DNA of 63,977 nucleotides, counting the filler. It is 8 parts of 8 records of this genome, joined end to end, with 100 filler letters (N's around TTAATTAATTAA, not from the genome) between each part and the next. Parts side by side here need not be neighbours in the genome. Positions count along the whole stretch, not along the records: positions 5,455 to 15,320 come from SRR31147125_12329; positions 15,421 to 21,723 come from SRR31147125_12334; positions 21,824 to 37,011 come from SRR31147125_12350; 5 more parts are not named here. One strand, given 5' to 3'. The notes below the pieces were generated by a model. The model searched no databases, was not told the origin of the DNA, and saw only the letters and a program-made list of their open reading frames with translations. Of this stretch, positions 10,314 through 21,921 are shown piece by piece. Within the stretch, counting starts at the first letter, position 1. The number at the start of each line of letters is the position of its first letter. The position numbers were made by a program, and so were the translations under genes.

Positions 10314-11675
10314 TTGAATCAAAATCAAAACAGCGCATTGAAAATGGGGCATTATCCTATAAATAAATTGGTTTTTAGTATGGCATTACCGCCCATGTTT
10401 TCCTTGGTTGTTCAATCATTATACAATATAATAGACTCAATATATATTTCAGGATACAGTGAGGCAGCATTTACAGCTGTATCACTTGCGTTTCCAATTC
10501 AAGTTATCCTTATCTCGTTAGCTGGCGGATTAAGCGTTGGCTTAAGTTCATTAATATCAATTAAATTAGGCGAAAAAGACTATCATGGTGCAAACAATGT
10601 TGCAGAACATGGAATCGTTATTTCTATTATGATAAGTCTTGTCGTTTTATTGGCTGGTTTGTTTTTAAGTAAGTATTTTTTTCATATTTTCACTGATGAC
10701 AAAAATCTTATTGAGCTTGGTACCATATACATAAGTATCATTATGGTCTTTTCATTTGCAAGATTCATAGCACAATCTTTTATCAGTATTTTTCAAGGTT
10801 GCGGCAGTATGGTGATACCCATGGTTTCTCAAATAATTGGAGCTGTTGTTAATATAATTTTTGACCCAATATTAATTTATGGAAAAATATTTGGATTATA
10901 TTTGTTTGAGCCATTAGGTATTAGTGGAGCGGCTTACGCTACAATCATTGGACAAGTATGCGCATTTATATATTTGATTATAGCTTTTATAACAAAAGAT
11001 CATCTAATAAAACTAAACATCAAAGATTTTAAATATCATTCAGTTTTTATTAAAAAAATAGTTTTGGCAGGTTTGCCGGCAGGGCTAGCACAAGGCAGTT
11101 ATTCTTTTGTTGTTATTGGTCTTAACTTAATACTAGCAAGCATCAGTTTATCTGCTGTAACGGCGCTTGGAGCTTACTATAAGCTTAACTCAATATATAT
11201 TCTTCCGGCGTTCGGTATTTCAGCAGGGCTTATACCTATTTGCGGATACAATTATGGAGCAAAAAACTATAACAGAATGAAAAAAGCTATCAAAGTGGGT
11301 GTCTTATATGCTATGCCGTTTGGTTTCGTTGCCTTTTTCTTTTTTATGTTTTTACCAGAAACTTTATTATCTATATTCAGTTTGTCGGATGATGTAGTAA
11401 AGATAGGGGTTGTTGCTTTTAAGGCAATAAGCATTGTTTTTCCTCTATCATGCTTCAACATAACATTTAGTTCAATATTTCAAGGGATAGGAAAATCTCA
11501 TATAAACCTTGGAGATAGTTTATTTAGAACATTTTTTGTGTTACTCCCATCAGCTTATATATTATTTAACTTTGTAGGTATAAACTACGGATGGTATGCT
11601 TTTTTGATTGCAAATATTTTTTCTATCACTTATTATCTTTTTCAGTATAAAAAGGTTAAAAAGACTTTTATATAA
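10314..11675 (+). CDS. MATE family efflux transporter
   Basis: LYNIIDSIY, NIIFDPILIYG and GYNYGAK; polytopic membrane pattern. Confidence 0.92.
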   Translation: MNQNQNSALKMGHYPINKLVFSMALPPMFSLVVQSLYNIIDSIYISGYSEAAFTAVSLAFPIQVILISLAGGLSVGLSSLISIKLGEKDYHGANNVAEHGIVISIMISLVVLLAGLFLSKYFFHIFTDDKNLIELGTIYISIIMVFSFARFIAQSFISIFQGCGSMVIPMVSQIIGAVVNIIFDPILIYGKIFGLYLFEPLGISGAAYATIIGQVCAFIYLIIAFITKDHLIKLNIKDFKYHSVFIKKIVLAGLPAGLAQGSYSFVVIGLNLILASISLSAVTALGAYYKLNSIYILPAFGISAGLIPICGYNYGAKNYNRMKKAIKVGVLYAMPFGFVAFFFFMFLPETLLSIFSLSDDVVKIGVVAFKAISIVFPLSCFNITFSSIFQGIGKSHINLGDSLFRTFFVLLPSAYILFNFVGINYGWYAFLIANIFSITYYLFQYKKVKKTFI

Positions 11676-11725
11676 AAAAACAGCCCCAATCTTAAAAGAT
11701 GAGGCCGTCATATAAATCACTATTT

Positions 11726-12931
11726 TTATGGCATGTCGTTAAGATCACCAATAATTACAGTAACAGTAGATGTTTCACCATCTCTCCAAATTTCAAATTC
11801 TACACTTTCTCCAATGTCAATTTTATTAATCATATTTGGCAAGTTATCAGCGTTATCTATTTTTTCACCATTTAACCCAATAATGATATCTTCAGCTTTA
11901 ATTCCAGCCTTATCAGCAGGACCATTTTCCTTAACTTCTGCTACATAAGCTCCAACAGGAATATCTTCTTGCGCTGCAATTTCCTCAGTAATCGTTTGAA
12001 ATGAAATCCCTATGCCAGGTCTTTTCACTTCACCATTTTCAATTATCTGATTAGCAACATCTATTGCATCATTTACAGGAATTGCAAAACCAATACCTTC
12101 GGTAGCAATAGGCATACCATATTCATCAACGCCAGCTAAGTAATTTTTAAGCGCATTTACACCAATTACCTCACCGTTAACATTAACAAGAGGTCCGCCG
12201 CTATTACCAGGGTTGATTGCCGCATCTGTTTGGATATATTCTCTTCCTTCAACGAGTCTTTGAACAGCACTGATATATCCAACTGTAACAGTACCTGCTA
12301 ATCCTTCGCCAAGAGGGCTTCCAATAGCAACAGCCATTTCACCAGCCTTTACATTTTCAGAATCACCTATTAAGATTGGAGTCAAGTTTTTTTCATCTAT
12401 TTTAACAACAGCAATATCCCTAAATTCGTCTCCACCAATTAATTCCGCTTCATATTCATCTCCATTATAAAAAGTAACAGTAAATATTTTGCCATCTTCA
12501 ATTACATGATAGTTAGTTACAATATAACCATCTTCTGATAAAACAAAACCAGATCCAAAGGAAGACTCGCTTTCAGTATCAAAAGCAGATACTATGCTGT
12601 AATCTGTTTTAATACTTACAACACTAGGGCTCACATATTCTGCAATATCCACAACAGGATTTTGATATTCGTGAGTTACTGTTTCACTTTTAGGTTCCTC
12701 TTCTACGTCAGGTTCCTCAAGCATCACATCATTTTTATCCTCATCAACCTCATCGGCTGCTTCTTCATATAGTTTGTCCTCGTCTTTATTAAACAATTTT
12801 TGTTCAATTGTTGGTGTGAATATGTAAGTTGATGCCAAAACACCCGTTACAAAGCTGACCACAATTACAACAATAAAAGCTAATGCAATATTGGTTTTTT
12901 TAGTTTTTCTTTCCGAATTAAAATCATTCAT
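11726..12931 (-). CDS. htrA: HtrA/DegP-like serine protease with PDZ domain
   Basis: TNYHV, DIAV and TDAAINPGNSGGPL catalytic motifs; N-terminal TM; C-terminal PDZ. Confidence 0.93.
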   Translation of the reverse strand: MNDFNSERKTKKTNIALAFIVVIVVSFVTGVLASTYIFTPTIEQKLFNKDEDKLYEEAADEVDEDKNDVMLEEPDVEEEPKSETVTHEYQNPVVDIAEYVSPSVVSIKTDYSIVSAFDTESESSFGSGFVLSEDGYIVTNYHVIEDGKIFTVTFYNGDEYEAELIGGDEFRDIAVVKIDEKNLTPILIGDSENVKAGEMAVAIGSPLGEGLAGTVTVGYISAVQRLVEGREYIQTDAAINPGNSGGPLVNVNGEVIGVNALKNYLAGVDEYGMPIATEGIGFAIPVNDAIDVANQIIENGEVKRPGIGISFQTITEEIAAQEDIPVGAYVAEVKENGPADKAGIKAEDIIIGLNGEKIDNADNLPNMINKIDIGESVEFEIWRDGETSTVTVIIGDLNDMP

Positions 12932-12983
12932 TGATACACCCTATTCCTTTCATTAAGCAATATATAAAAGATATAATTGCATG

Positions 12984-14420
12984 TTATTGTTTTAAATCTT
13001 TTGCACTTTTTAATGTAAAACAAAATGCAGTTGTTCCATTACTATCTTCTATCCAAATTTTTTCTCCATGTTGGGCTAAAATCTTTTTAACAAGCGAAAG
13101 CCCTATACCAGTACCTGGTATTTTTCTATTGTGCGATTGATCTGCTTTATAAAATCTTTCAAATATTAATTCTTTATCAGATTCTGCAATAGGTTCACCA
13201 GTATTAGATATTTTTACTTCAATTTTGTTTCTAACTAACTGAACTTTTAAACCTAAACTCCCTTTAACACTGTTAAACTTAATAGCGTTATCAATTAAGT
13301 TTGAAACAACCTGCGTAATTTTATCTTTATCAGCAGCCACATAAATGTTATCTGCTTGAAAATCTATAACTATATTCAATTGCTTTTCATCAATTCTTTT
13401 TTCAAATGATAAAAGTGTAATTCTTAATAGTTCATTTATATCAAAAGAGCTTATATTGATTGGGAATTTACCTGAATCTACTTTAGAAAGCTCTAATAAA
13501 TCAGTTATTAAAGAATTAAGTCTTCTTGTTTCAGACAAAACAATATTTAAGAAATTTGGGTGTTCTTCTTTAGGTATTGTACCATCTAACATTCCTGTTA
13601 CAAAACCATTAATTGCTGTCATGGGTGTTCTAAGTTCATGCGAAACATTACCTACAAATGAATTTCTAAGAGCTTCATGTTTTTCTAAATCTGTAGCCAT
13701 TTGGTTAAATGAATTTGCAAGGTATGATATTTCATCTTCACCTTTGTAATCAACTCTAGTTGAAAAATCTCCTTTTGCAATGCTTTTAAGTGACTTTGTT
13801 AAGCCATTAATAGGTTTTGTAATTGATTTTGCTATTGTCCATATTAATACAAAGGCAATAGTGAACGAAAAGAGAGCAGAAGCAATAAATTGTTTGTTCA
13901 TTGACTGAAAAAGAATATTAAGCTCGCCAAGTTTTTTATATATCATAACCCCGCCAAGCACAATATCATCACTTGACAAAATAGGAGTTGAATACACTAC
14001 TAAAGGATGATTAGATATTGAATCTTCTTGGAAAATAGTTGAACCTTTTTCTCCATCTAAAGTGGCATTAACTAACTCCTGATATGATTCATCAGAAAAA
14101 GTGGTATTAATATTCCCTAAATAATCATCAGGTAAAATCAGTATAGAATTATTACTGCTATATAAAATTGTTATCGCTGTATTCTCTCTATTAGCAATAG
14201 AATTACATTCATGCAAAAATCTTAATTCGGATATTTTACCAGCAGTTTTCAAGTTAAAGCTTTTAATGATTTCAGCCGAAACTTCATCCATTTCATTTGA
14301 AAAACTAGCAAGGTAATCTGATTTAATTAAGTAAGCAGAAAGTGTTACAACAATGAGTAATGCAATCAAAATAACAAGAACACACGTAATAAACAGTCTT
14401 GCAAAAATCGAATTGAACAT
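12984..14420 (-). CDS. HAMP-domain sensor histidine kinase
   Basis: SHELRTP H box, NLIDNAIK N box, FERFYK and GTGIGL. Confidence 0.95.
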   Translation of the reverse strand: MFNSIFARLFITCVLVILIALLIVVTLSAYLIKSDYLASFSNEMDEVSAEIIKSFNLKTAGKISELRFLHECNSIANRENTAITILYSSNNSILILPDDYLGNINTTFSDESYQELVNATLDGEKGSTIFQEDSISNHPLVVYSTPILSSDDIVLGGVMIYKKLGELNILFQSMNKQFIASALFSFTIAFVLIWTIAKSITKPINGLTKSLKSIAKGDFSTRVDYKGEDEISYLANSFNQMATDLEKHEALRNSFVGNVSHELRTPMTAINGFVTGMLDGTIPKEEHPNFLNIVLSETRRLNSLITDLLELSKVDSGKFPINISSFDINELLRITLLSFEKRIDEKQLNIVIDFQADNIYVAADKDKITQVVSNLIDNAIKFNSVKGSLGLKVQLVRNKIEVKISNTGEPIAESDKELIFERFYKADQSHNRKIPGTGIGLSLVKKILAQHGEKIWIEDSNGTTAFCFTLKSAKDLKQ

Positions 14421-15101
14421 TATTCTACCTCAAACTTATAACCCACACCCCAAACAGTTTTAATTTCCCAATTTTTATCTTCGTTTGCAAGTTTTTCGCG
14501 AATTCGTTTTATATGAACATCAACTGTTCTTGAATCACCAAAGAAATCAAAGCCCCATACTTGCTGTAACAGTTGTTCTCTTGTGAAAACTCTGTTTTTC
14601 TTTAAAGCAAGAAAATACAATAATTCAATTTCCTTTGGCGGCATCTCTAATTCATTTTCATCAAATATAACTTTATAGTTGTCAATATTGATGGTAAGCC
14701 CATCATATTGTAATATTTTTTCTTCTACATCCACATCTTTTGTTCTTCTAAGCAACGCTTTAACTCTTGCTAAAAGTTCTTTTGGTTCAAAAGGCTTAGT
14801 AATATAATCATCAGCACCAAGCTCTAGCCCCAATACTTTATCAAATGTTTCACCCTTTGCAGAAAGCATGATACAAGGAACACTAGCTTTAGAACGTATT
14901 TCTCTCACAACTTCCCAACCGTCTTTTCCGCATCATAATGTCCAACAATACAAGGTCAGGTTTTTTTTCATTAAATTTTTGTAGCCCTTCAATACCATCC
15001 ATGGCAACTTCTACGTCATAACCATCTTTTTCAAGATACATTCTAACAATGCTACAAATGTTTTTATCATCATCTACCAAAAGTATTAGATCTTTTTTCA
15101 T
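14420..15101 (-). CDS. OmpR-family response regulator, frameshift near 14928
   Basis: LLVDDD...LLDIMM receiver (14889-15101) joins GADDYITKPF and wHTH RTVDVHIKRIR (14420-14908). Confidence 0.92.
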
Positions 15102-15420
15102 ATATTTTACCTCTTATTTTCTCGTTAATATAACTATATAATATTTAAGCCTGTTTTAAAAGAGTACATTTATATTATTTACCAATTATTCATATGCAAT
15201 TTATCGTATTTATGTATTTTATATAGTAATAAAAAGATATATTCATAATAAATTTAATAAAACTACATATATTCATTAAAAGTATTATAATACTAATTAT
15301 TAACAATAAACAAATAAAAANNNNNNNNNNNNNNNNNNNNNNNNNNNNNNNNNNNNNNNNNNNNTTAATTAATTAANNNNNNNNNNNNNNNNNNNNNNNN
15401 NNNNNNNNNNNNNNNNNNNN

Positions 15421-16533
15421 GGAAAAAGCTCAACATTCAGCATCAGGTTGCCGTTTTTGCTGTTCATATCGATAAGCATTTCGATTACGGTTTGTGCGTT
15501 ATGGCGTGGTTCTTTGTCAACCTTATAAAACCAGCTGCCAAACGTAAGCGTACCTTGCCAACGATTTGGCAATATTTCAGAAGCTCCTCCCCTTTCAATA
15601 TCCTGAATTGTGGATGGTTCGTTAGCTATTTTGGCACATACAATTGCATCGAGTTTACCATACCTATTTAGTTTGTGGTTATAAAATGCCCGGCAAACTT
15701 CTTTCCCATATTCTTTGTATGGAAATCCATATCCATCAAACCAGAGCATATCCACGTCGTATTTTATGGCCAACTCTTTATGGCGTAGCACCCAATTTTC
15801 TTTTACTCCTTTTATATACTCAGGCGTTCGTTGTTTTGGTGGCAATCCGTATAACTTCGATGGGTCCATTCCATCCCACCATTTTCCTTTTCCATCAGCA
15901 ACAGTCATGTGTCCGTCATACGGCAGTCCTTTGTAAATACCCGAAGTATCGGCGCCAAAGGCAGGAAGCCACCAGTTAAGAAACCTGTCGTCGTGCGAAC
16001 TAACTCCAAAAGGAATGTCGTATTTCCTGGCCGACTTTTCAAACTCACCGATAATGTCTTTTTTAGGACCAACATTCACCGAATTCCATTCAAAATGCGT
16101 TGATTTAAAGTTGTCGAAACGGTCGTGATGATTGGCTAAGGCCATAAAATATTTTGCACCTATACTTTTAAAATACTTTATCAGGTAATCAGTGTCAAGG
16201 TTCTCGGCTTTCCATTCATTAAGCACATCTTTGTAGCCAATTTCTGAAGGATGCCCATAGGTTTTACAATGATATTCATATGCATCTTTACCCCAAAGCT
16301 GGTTGCCAACATCTTGTTGATACATATGACGGGCATACCAACCGCCTCCTTTTTCGGGCTGTGTTTGTGCGCCCCAATGCACCCAAATACCAAAGCCGGC
16401 TTCTTCAAACCAGTATTGGGCATTCAAATTCTTGCCTTAGTTCTTCCCATGTCAGATCTTTATCCTGTGCAAAAGCGTAATTTCCACAAAGGATAAACAA
16501 AATTACAATCGTTATCAGTTTAATTTTCTTCAT
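15421..16533 (-). CDS. GH29 alpha-L-fucosidase, 3' truncated, frameshift near 16415
   Basis: FGIWVHWG, HHDRF, LWFDG and SKNGNLMLN; signal peptide MKKIKLITIVILF from ATG 16533 in a shifted frame. Confidence 0.88.
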
Positions 16534-16561
16534 CACTCTAATTGTAAGGTTAAATACAGTT

Positions 16562-17608
16562 TTATTCAGTTTTTACAGGCACAAAAACCGTATACGATTC
16601 ATTTCCTTTTTTTACAGCCATACAAAGTGTTTTTACCTTTCCATTTTCAACAAAAACAAATGGGCGCTCCATTCGGTCGGGTTTTATAGCGTTTCCGGTT
16701 TTCATCGGAATGAGTTTCTTATGAATTTCGTAATCGCCTGCTTTTTCCCAGTTCAGTCCATCTACCGATGTAATTAACCCGATGTAGGTATGGGCATGAA
16801 AAACTCCGTAAAATCGTTCCTTCTCTTCATCAAACCACAACGACATATCTTCGGTATCGAGATAATCGATAACAGGTTTTTCTTGCATTTGAAAAGGACC
16901 AATAGGCGAATTTGAAACTGCAATTGCCTGGTTACGAATAAAACGTGTTTCGTTGGGTTTATCGCCTTTAACAATCAGGTAGAATTTACCATCAGCACCT
17001 TTATCAATGGCAGGATTTACAGTTAGTGTGGTAATTGGCCCCGCTGGTTCAATAATTGGTGCATCTAATCTAAGCCACGGACCATTAATAGAATTCGAAA
17101 CAGCGACTCCTGTTCTTTGGTTGTTCCGAAGCGTTTTCCAATGCGGATGGCTGTACCCTGTTTGGCACATCTCAAGTAGTAAGTCATTATCAAAATCCAA
17201 ATTTCCAAAATTGGTGGCTATATAATACAGGTAGTATTTATTGCCGAACTTTTTAATTTTAGGATTATGTGCTGTAATGGCATCCCAATATCCTTTTCCT
17301 CGTCCTTTTAGTACCGTTTCTTTATATTTCCATGGTCCGTTTGGGCTATCGGAAACTGCATGCGCCACTTCGGAATGTGTAAGCCAGGCATAAAAACTAT
17401 TTTGCCAGCGCGAGTAAAACAAGTGGTATTTACCATCGTCGCCTTTTATTATCGACGCTCCCCAATTGTAATACCCTTCAGTTTTAAAAATATTATCGTC
17501 GGTAATATTCTCAAACCGGTTTTCAAAACTTAAATCGTCGGTATTGTTTTGTGCTAATACGGCATTACTCAAACAAATCAGAATTATCAATATTTTTATT
17601 GCTTTCAT
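16562..17608 (-). CDS. Secreted five-bladed beta-propeller glycoside hydrolase (GH43/GH117-like)
   Basis: Signal peptide; YHLFYSRW, HAVSDSPNGPW, HNP, TEDM and MERPFV. Confidence 0.75.
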   Translation of the reverse strand: MKAIKILIILICLSNAVLAQNNTDDLSFENRFENITDDNIFKTEGYYNWGASIIKGDDGKYHLFYSRWQNSFYAWLTHSEVAHAVSDSPNGPWKYKETVLKGRGKGYWDAITAHNPKIKKFGNKYYLYYIATNFGNLDFDNDLLLEMCQTGYSHPHWKTLRNNQRTGVAVSNSINGPWLRLDAPIIEPAGPITTLTVNPAIDKGADGKFYLIVKGDKPNETRFIRNQAIAVSNSPIGPFQMQEKPVIDYLDTEDMSLWFDEEKERFYGVFHAHTYIGLITSVDGLNWEKAGDYEIHKKLIPMKTGNAIKPDRMERPFVFVENGKVKTLCMAVKKGNESYTVFVPVKTE

Positions 17609-17625
17609 TATTTAATACTTTCTAA

Positions 17626-19197
17626 TTATTTAAAAATGTGCATCTTCATGTTGTCTTTATACTCATCGGGCCAGAGAATAAGTTTGCCTGTTTCGGTTCG
17701 GGTAGGACGCTGTGCTTTAACGCTGCGCAGGTATTCACCAAGTTCTTTTGCCAGCTTTTGGGCTCGTTTCTCTTCCTTTTTTACGAGATTATTCTTTTCC
17801 GAAATATCTTCAGAAATATTAAACAGCTCAAAACTTTCGTCGGTATAGTAATAAATCAGTTTCCAGTCGCCTTTTCTGATGGCACTGTAGGTACTAATTC
17901 CAGGGCCATGTGGTCCCCAATGATTTGGGTAATGCCAAAACAATGGTCGGTCATCATCTTTATTTTTCTTGCCCACTAACTTATATGTAAAACTTTTTCC
18001 ATCTATCGGCTGACATTCACCATCCAGTTTTTCAAGACCTGCCATTTCTAAAATAGTCGGATAAAAATCTTCAATTATCAGGTAATCATCACATGTCGAT
18101 TTTTCTTGCACTACTCCCGGCCATTTCACAATCATTGGTTCGCGAATTCCTCCTTCGTGAATAGAACCTTTTCCACTACTTAAAGGATAATTGTGCTTGT
18201 GCTTTTCTCCTCCACGGGCGTGTGCACTTAAACCTCCATTATCCGACATAAAAATTATAATGGTGTTTTCGCCTAATCCCTGAGAATTAATATAATCCAT
18301 TATATCACCCAGACTTTTGTCCATCCCTTCTATTAACGAAGCGTATTTTGCCTCTACAGGTTCGAGCCCTGCATCAAGGTATTTCTGTTCAAAACGCTTG
18401 TCGCCCATAATTGGAGCGTGCACCGCATAGTGTGCCATGTACAGAAAAAATGGTTTTTCTTCTTTTACCGATTTATCAACTGCTTTAATTGCCTTTTGCG
18501 TAAGTGCTTCGGTTAAAAAAATATCTAAGCCATGATATTCCTCCAGCCCCGGAATATCCCAAACTGATGGCTCTTTTTTTGCAAAATTTTCTGTACCGTA
18601 ATAGGTTGCAGGACCTCCGGCAGCATGCCCTGCAATATTTACAGTAAAACCAATATTTTCAGGATTCGCGGCCAATGTTCCTATCGCTCCAAAGTGTGCT
18701 TTTCCGCAATGAATAGTAGTGTAGCCATTTTCCTGAAGCACTTTAGGTAAAGGTTGTGGCGTATAAATGGCATTATTTAAGTTTTTATCCACTCCTATTC
18801 CATTCATGTTCCAGCGGGGCATGGTTAATCCTTTGGGAGGACGAACAGCCATTTCATCTTTACGAAGTGTCCAGTTTGTAACCCGATGGTGGGCGGCGTT
18901 CATCCCGGTCATTAAACTTACGCGGGTTGGCGAACAAACGGCGCAAGCATAGGCCTGTGTAAACATCATTCCCTGCTCGGCCAAACGCTCCATATTTGGA
19001 GTTTGGTAACGCTCGTTAAAGTGCGTTTTCTTTTTCCAAAATGGCAGCGAAGTGTCTTGCCAGCCCATATCGTCTACCATGAAAAGTACAATATTGGGCC
19101 TGTTTTCTTTTAACGAAGATTTTTGAGTTGAAGCAGCCCGACAAACTGCAAAACTTGCCAAAAATGACACTGTTAGAATCAATACGATTTTTTGCAT
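17626..19197 (-). CDS. S1 formylglycine-dependent sulfatase
   Basis: PNIVLFMVDDMGW, CSPTR (CxPxR), GKAH and SDNGG. Confidence 0.95.
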   Translation of the reverse strand: MQKIVLILTVSFLASFAVCRAASTQKSSLKENRPNIVLFMVDDMGWQDTSLPFWKKKTHFNERYQTPNMERLAEQGMMFTQAYACAVCSPTRVSLMTGMNAAHHRVTNWTLRKDEMAVRPPKGLTMPRWNMNGIGVDKNLNNAIYTPQPLPKVLQENGYTTIHCGKAHFGAIGTLAANPENIGFTVNIAGHAAGGPATYYGTENFAKKEPSVWDIPGLEEYHGLDIFLTEALTQKAIKAVDKSVKEEKPFFLYMAHYAVHAPIMGDKRFEQKYLDAGLEPVEAKYASLIEGMDKSLGDIMDYINSQGLGENTIIIFMSDNGGLSAHARGGEKHKHNYPLSSGKGSIHEGGIREPMIVKWPGVVQEKSTCDDYLIIEDFYPTILEMAGLEKLDGECQPIDGKSFTYKLVGKKNKDDDRPLFWHYPNHWGPHGPGISTYSAIRKGDWKLIYYYTDESFELFNISEDISEKNNLVKKEEKRAQKLAKELGEYLRSVKAQRPTRTETGKLILWPDEYKDNMKMHIFK

Positions 19198-19246
19198 TAT
19201 TTTTTTTATTACGATGTAACACTCCGGAATAATTTCGGTCTGCTAA

Positions 19247-21334
19247 CTACTCCGTTACAATATTAAACTCGGCATAACCGGCTGCAGTGTTTCCTGCAGT
19301 GTTGCTTAATGCGCTCAATTTTACGAAACGTGCATTTGTTGCTGCAAATGATTTCTTCTGCCAAACCGGGTGGTTATTAATATTAGAGAACTCTCCCGAC
19401 GACTGTTTTTTCCAATTCTTCCCGTTTTCCGAGGTATAAAATTCGTAATTAAAAATAATCCCTTTGGCATAACGTCCCTGATCAGGTAAGTATCTAAATC
19501 CTTTTATTGAATGTATTTCACCTAAATCAATAATAAGGTCAATGGGCATTTTCTTGCTGTATTGTGCCCAGCTGGAGCCAGGATTTCCATCCAAAACAGC
19601 ATTGCTTCGTTTGTCGTTGGTTTTTACAATTGTCCATTTCGAGCGATTTATATCCAACTCATCACTTACCACCGAACTTTTCCGGTCGGAAGTAGGATCG
19701 CAGGCAATCACTTTAATTGTTGCTTTTCCTTCTAACATAAATGGTTTTGTATATTTTTTCGATGATTTTGTTGGCTCGTTTCCGTCGAGCGTGTAAAAAA
19801 TATCGAGTGCTGTATTTGGAGACAGTATTGATACCACACCGTTTTTATCGCGCTGAATTCGTGGACTGGTTATAAGTTGCGGAGCATTATACAATTCAAT
19901 ATTCGATATTGTTGGGCAAGCCTTGGCACCTGTTACCGTAAATCTAATTTTATTAGCTGTTAGGTTTGGTAAGCGCAATATTCGCTTGTAACCGATGGTG
20001 GTTTCAGAAGCAACTACTTTCCAGTTTCCTTCGGGAGCTTCAATTTCAAGCGTAAAATATTTTACGCGCTGTCCCAATGCAATATACTCCTGAACAAGGA
20101 AACGGTTAAAAGTAATGGTGCTTTTAAAGCTTAAAGTTAAACTTGCTGATGTTACACCATCATCAGTTGCCCAATACGAATTCTTATCTTCATTGTTTAC
20201 ATTTATGGCTGCAAATTTTCTCGAACCTCCTCTAACATTCGAAGCTTCCATTTCGTCAACTTCAGTCATTAGGTTTTCTGCTAAATCTTTTTCAATTGTT
20301 TTTTGCCATTCAATTACATTTTCGGCATCAATTTCATGGATTAATCCACGATGGTCAACCGGGAAGTTCAATAAAGCAGTTCCGTTTCTTCCCACCGATT
20401 CATAATAATAATCCATCAAACGCGGAAGATCTTTTACTTTATGGTCTTCTGATTTGTGGTAGAACCATCCCGGACGAATTGACGTATTAATTTCTGCCGG
20501 TACCCAGTAGTCACCATCTTCGTGCCCCGGATTAAGTTCTTTGTAACGAGGCCACCCCGGCCAGGCTTCATCGCGGCGTAAAGTCGACCAGTTGGTACGG
20601 CCACCAATTCCACTTTCGTTTCCGCACCAACGAATATCCGGACCGGCATCGCTAAAAATTAAAGCATTGGGTTGAAGTTTACGAACCAATTCTATTGTAG
20701 TTGGCCAGTCATAGTAGGTTTTACGATCTACCGAGCGTTTTTCGTCGGCACCACCATAATATCCGGTTCCTCCGTTTGCTCCGTCGAACCAAACCTCGAA
20801 AACCTCGCCGTAATTGGTTAACAGGTCGGTTAGCTGGTCTCTGAAATATAGAATGTATTCCGGCGTTCCGTACAATTCACAATTCCTATCCCATGGCGAT
20901 AAGTAAATGCCAAATTTAAGCCCATGTTTTTTACAGGCATCCGACACTTCACGAACAAGGTCGCCTTTACCATCTCTCCATGGAGAATTTTTAACCGAAT
21001 ATCCCGTCCCTTTGTATGGCCACAAGCAAAAACCATCGTGATGTTTACAGGTTAAAACCACACCTTTCATTCCTGCGTCTTTAATAACTCTACACCACTG
21101 GTCGGCATCTAATTCCGAAGGATTAAAAGTTGTGGCAGGAGAATCGCCGTAGCCCCATTCCATATCGTTGAATGTATTCAATCCAAAATGAATGAAAGCA
21201 TTTCGCTCCATTTCGTTCCAGGCAATTTGTTGTTCTGTTGGAACAGGTTGAACAGGCGTAGGAGGCTCAACAGTTTGGCAACCGGTAAAAGCAATTGCCA
21301 AAATTAAGTTAGCCAGTAAGATAAGTTTTCTCAT
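19247..21334 (-). CDS. GH29 alpha-L-fucosidase lipoprotein with Fn3-like and F5/8 type C modules
   Basis: FIHFG, KHHDGFCLW, YLSPWD, WFDGA and SVGRN; lipobox FTGC. Confidence 0.93.
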   Translation of the reverse strand: MRKLILLANLILAIAFTGCQTVEPPTPVQPVPTEQQIAWNEMERNAFIHFGLNTFNDMEWGYGDSPATTFNPSELDADQWCRVIKDAGMKGVVLTCKHHDGFCLWPYKGTGYSVKNSPWRDGKGDLVREVSDACKKHGLKFGIYLSPWDRNCELYGTPEYILYFRDQLTDLLTNYGEVFEVWFDGANGGTGYYGGADEKRSVDRKTYYDWPTTIELVRKLQPNALIFSDAGPDIRWCGNESGIGGRTNWSTLRRDEAWPGWPRYKELNPGHEDGDYWVPAEINTSIRPGWFYHKSEDHKVKDLPRLMDYYYESVGRNGTALLNFPVDHRGLIHEIDAENVIEWQKTIEKDLAENLMTEVDEMEASNVRGGSRKFAAINVNNEDKNSYWATDDGVTSASLTLSFKSTITFNRFLVQEYIALGQRVKYFTLEIEAPEGNWKVVASETTIGYKRILRLPNLTANKIRFTVTGAKACPTISNIELYNAPQLITSPRIQRDKNGVVSILSPNTALDIFYTLDGNEPTKSSKKYTKPFMLEGKATIKVIACDPTSDRKSSVVSDELDINRSKWTIVKTNDKRSNAVLDGNPGSSWAQYSKKMPIDLIIDLGEIHSIKGFRYLPDQGRYAKGIIFNYEFYTSENGKNWKKQSSGEFSNINNHPVWQKKSFAATNARFVKLSALSNTAGNTAAGYAEFNIVTE

Positions 21335-21521
21335 GTTATACTTATTTATGATAGTTTTAACTCAAAATTACATTACAAGAATAAGTATATAAGCAAAAGA
21401 ACAAAGTCACACATGTAAACGATACTGTTCATTAGGTAAAACAACCGAAAAAACTGCTCATAAAGAGCCATTTAATAAATTGCCTCCTCTTAGCAACTGC
21501 CTATATTCCGAAGTAAAATAT

Positions 21522-21723
21522 TTAGCTTAATTCATTCAACAATTCTTTTCCTTCCAGAACAGCTTTCTCAGCTCCTTCTTTTCCAATATTCTCAACTTCA
21601 AAAGCTTTTAAAACATCTTCTAATTTCTCCAGCTGAATTTTGGCTTCCGGAGAGCTTGATTTCTTTAACTCTGCAACAAGAATTCTTAACTTTTCATAAT
21701 CCTGAATTCCTTCTATTAGTTTT
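21522..21723 (-). CDS. C-terminal fragment of a DUF4091/GH123-like glycoside hydrolase
   Basis: Manual translation KLIEGIQDYEKLRIL...ELLNELS*; not in the ORF track. Confidence 0.6.
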
Positions 21724-21862
21724 NNNNNNNNNNNNNNNNNNNNNNNNNNNNNNNNNNNNNNNNNNNNTTAATTAATTAANNNNNNNNNNNNNNNNNNNNN
21801 NNNNNNNNNNNNNNNNNNNNNNNCAAGCTTATTTTCTTATATTTAACTGTTAAAGAGTAAAT

Positions 21863-21894
21863 TTCATAATTAATTCACAAAAAATAAATATAAT
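21863..21894 (+). promoter_or_regulatory. TTCAYA-N5-TTCAYA direct repeat plus TATAAT -10
   Basis: TTCATA (21863) and TTCACA (21874), then 9 nt, then TATAAT. Confidence 0.55.
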
Positions 21895-21921
21895 ATAGAA
21901 AAAATTAGAAGGGGGTAATAT

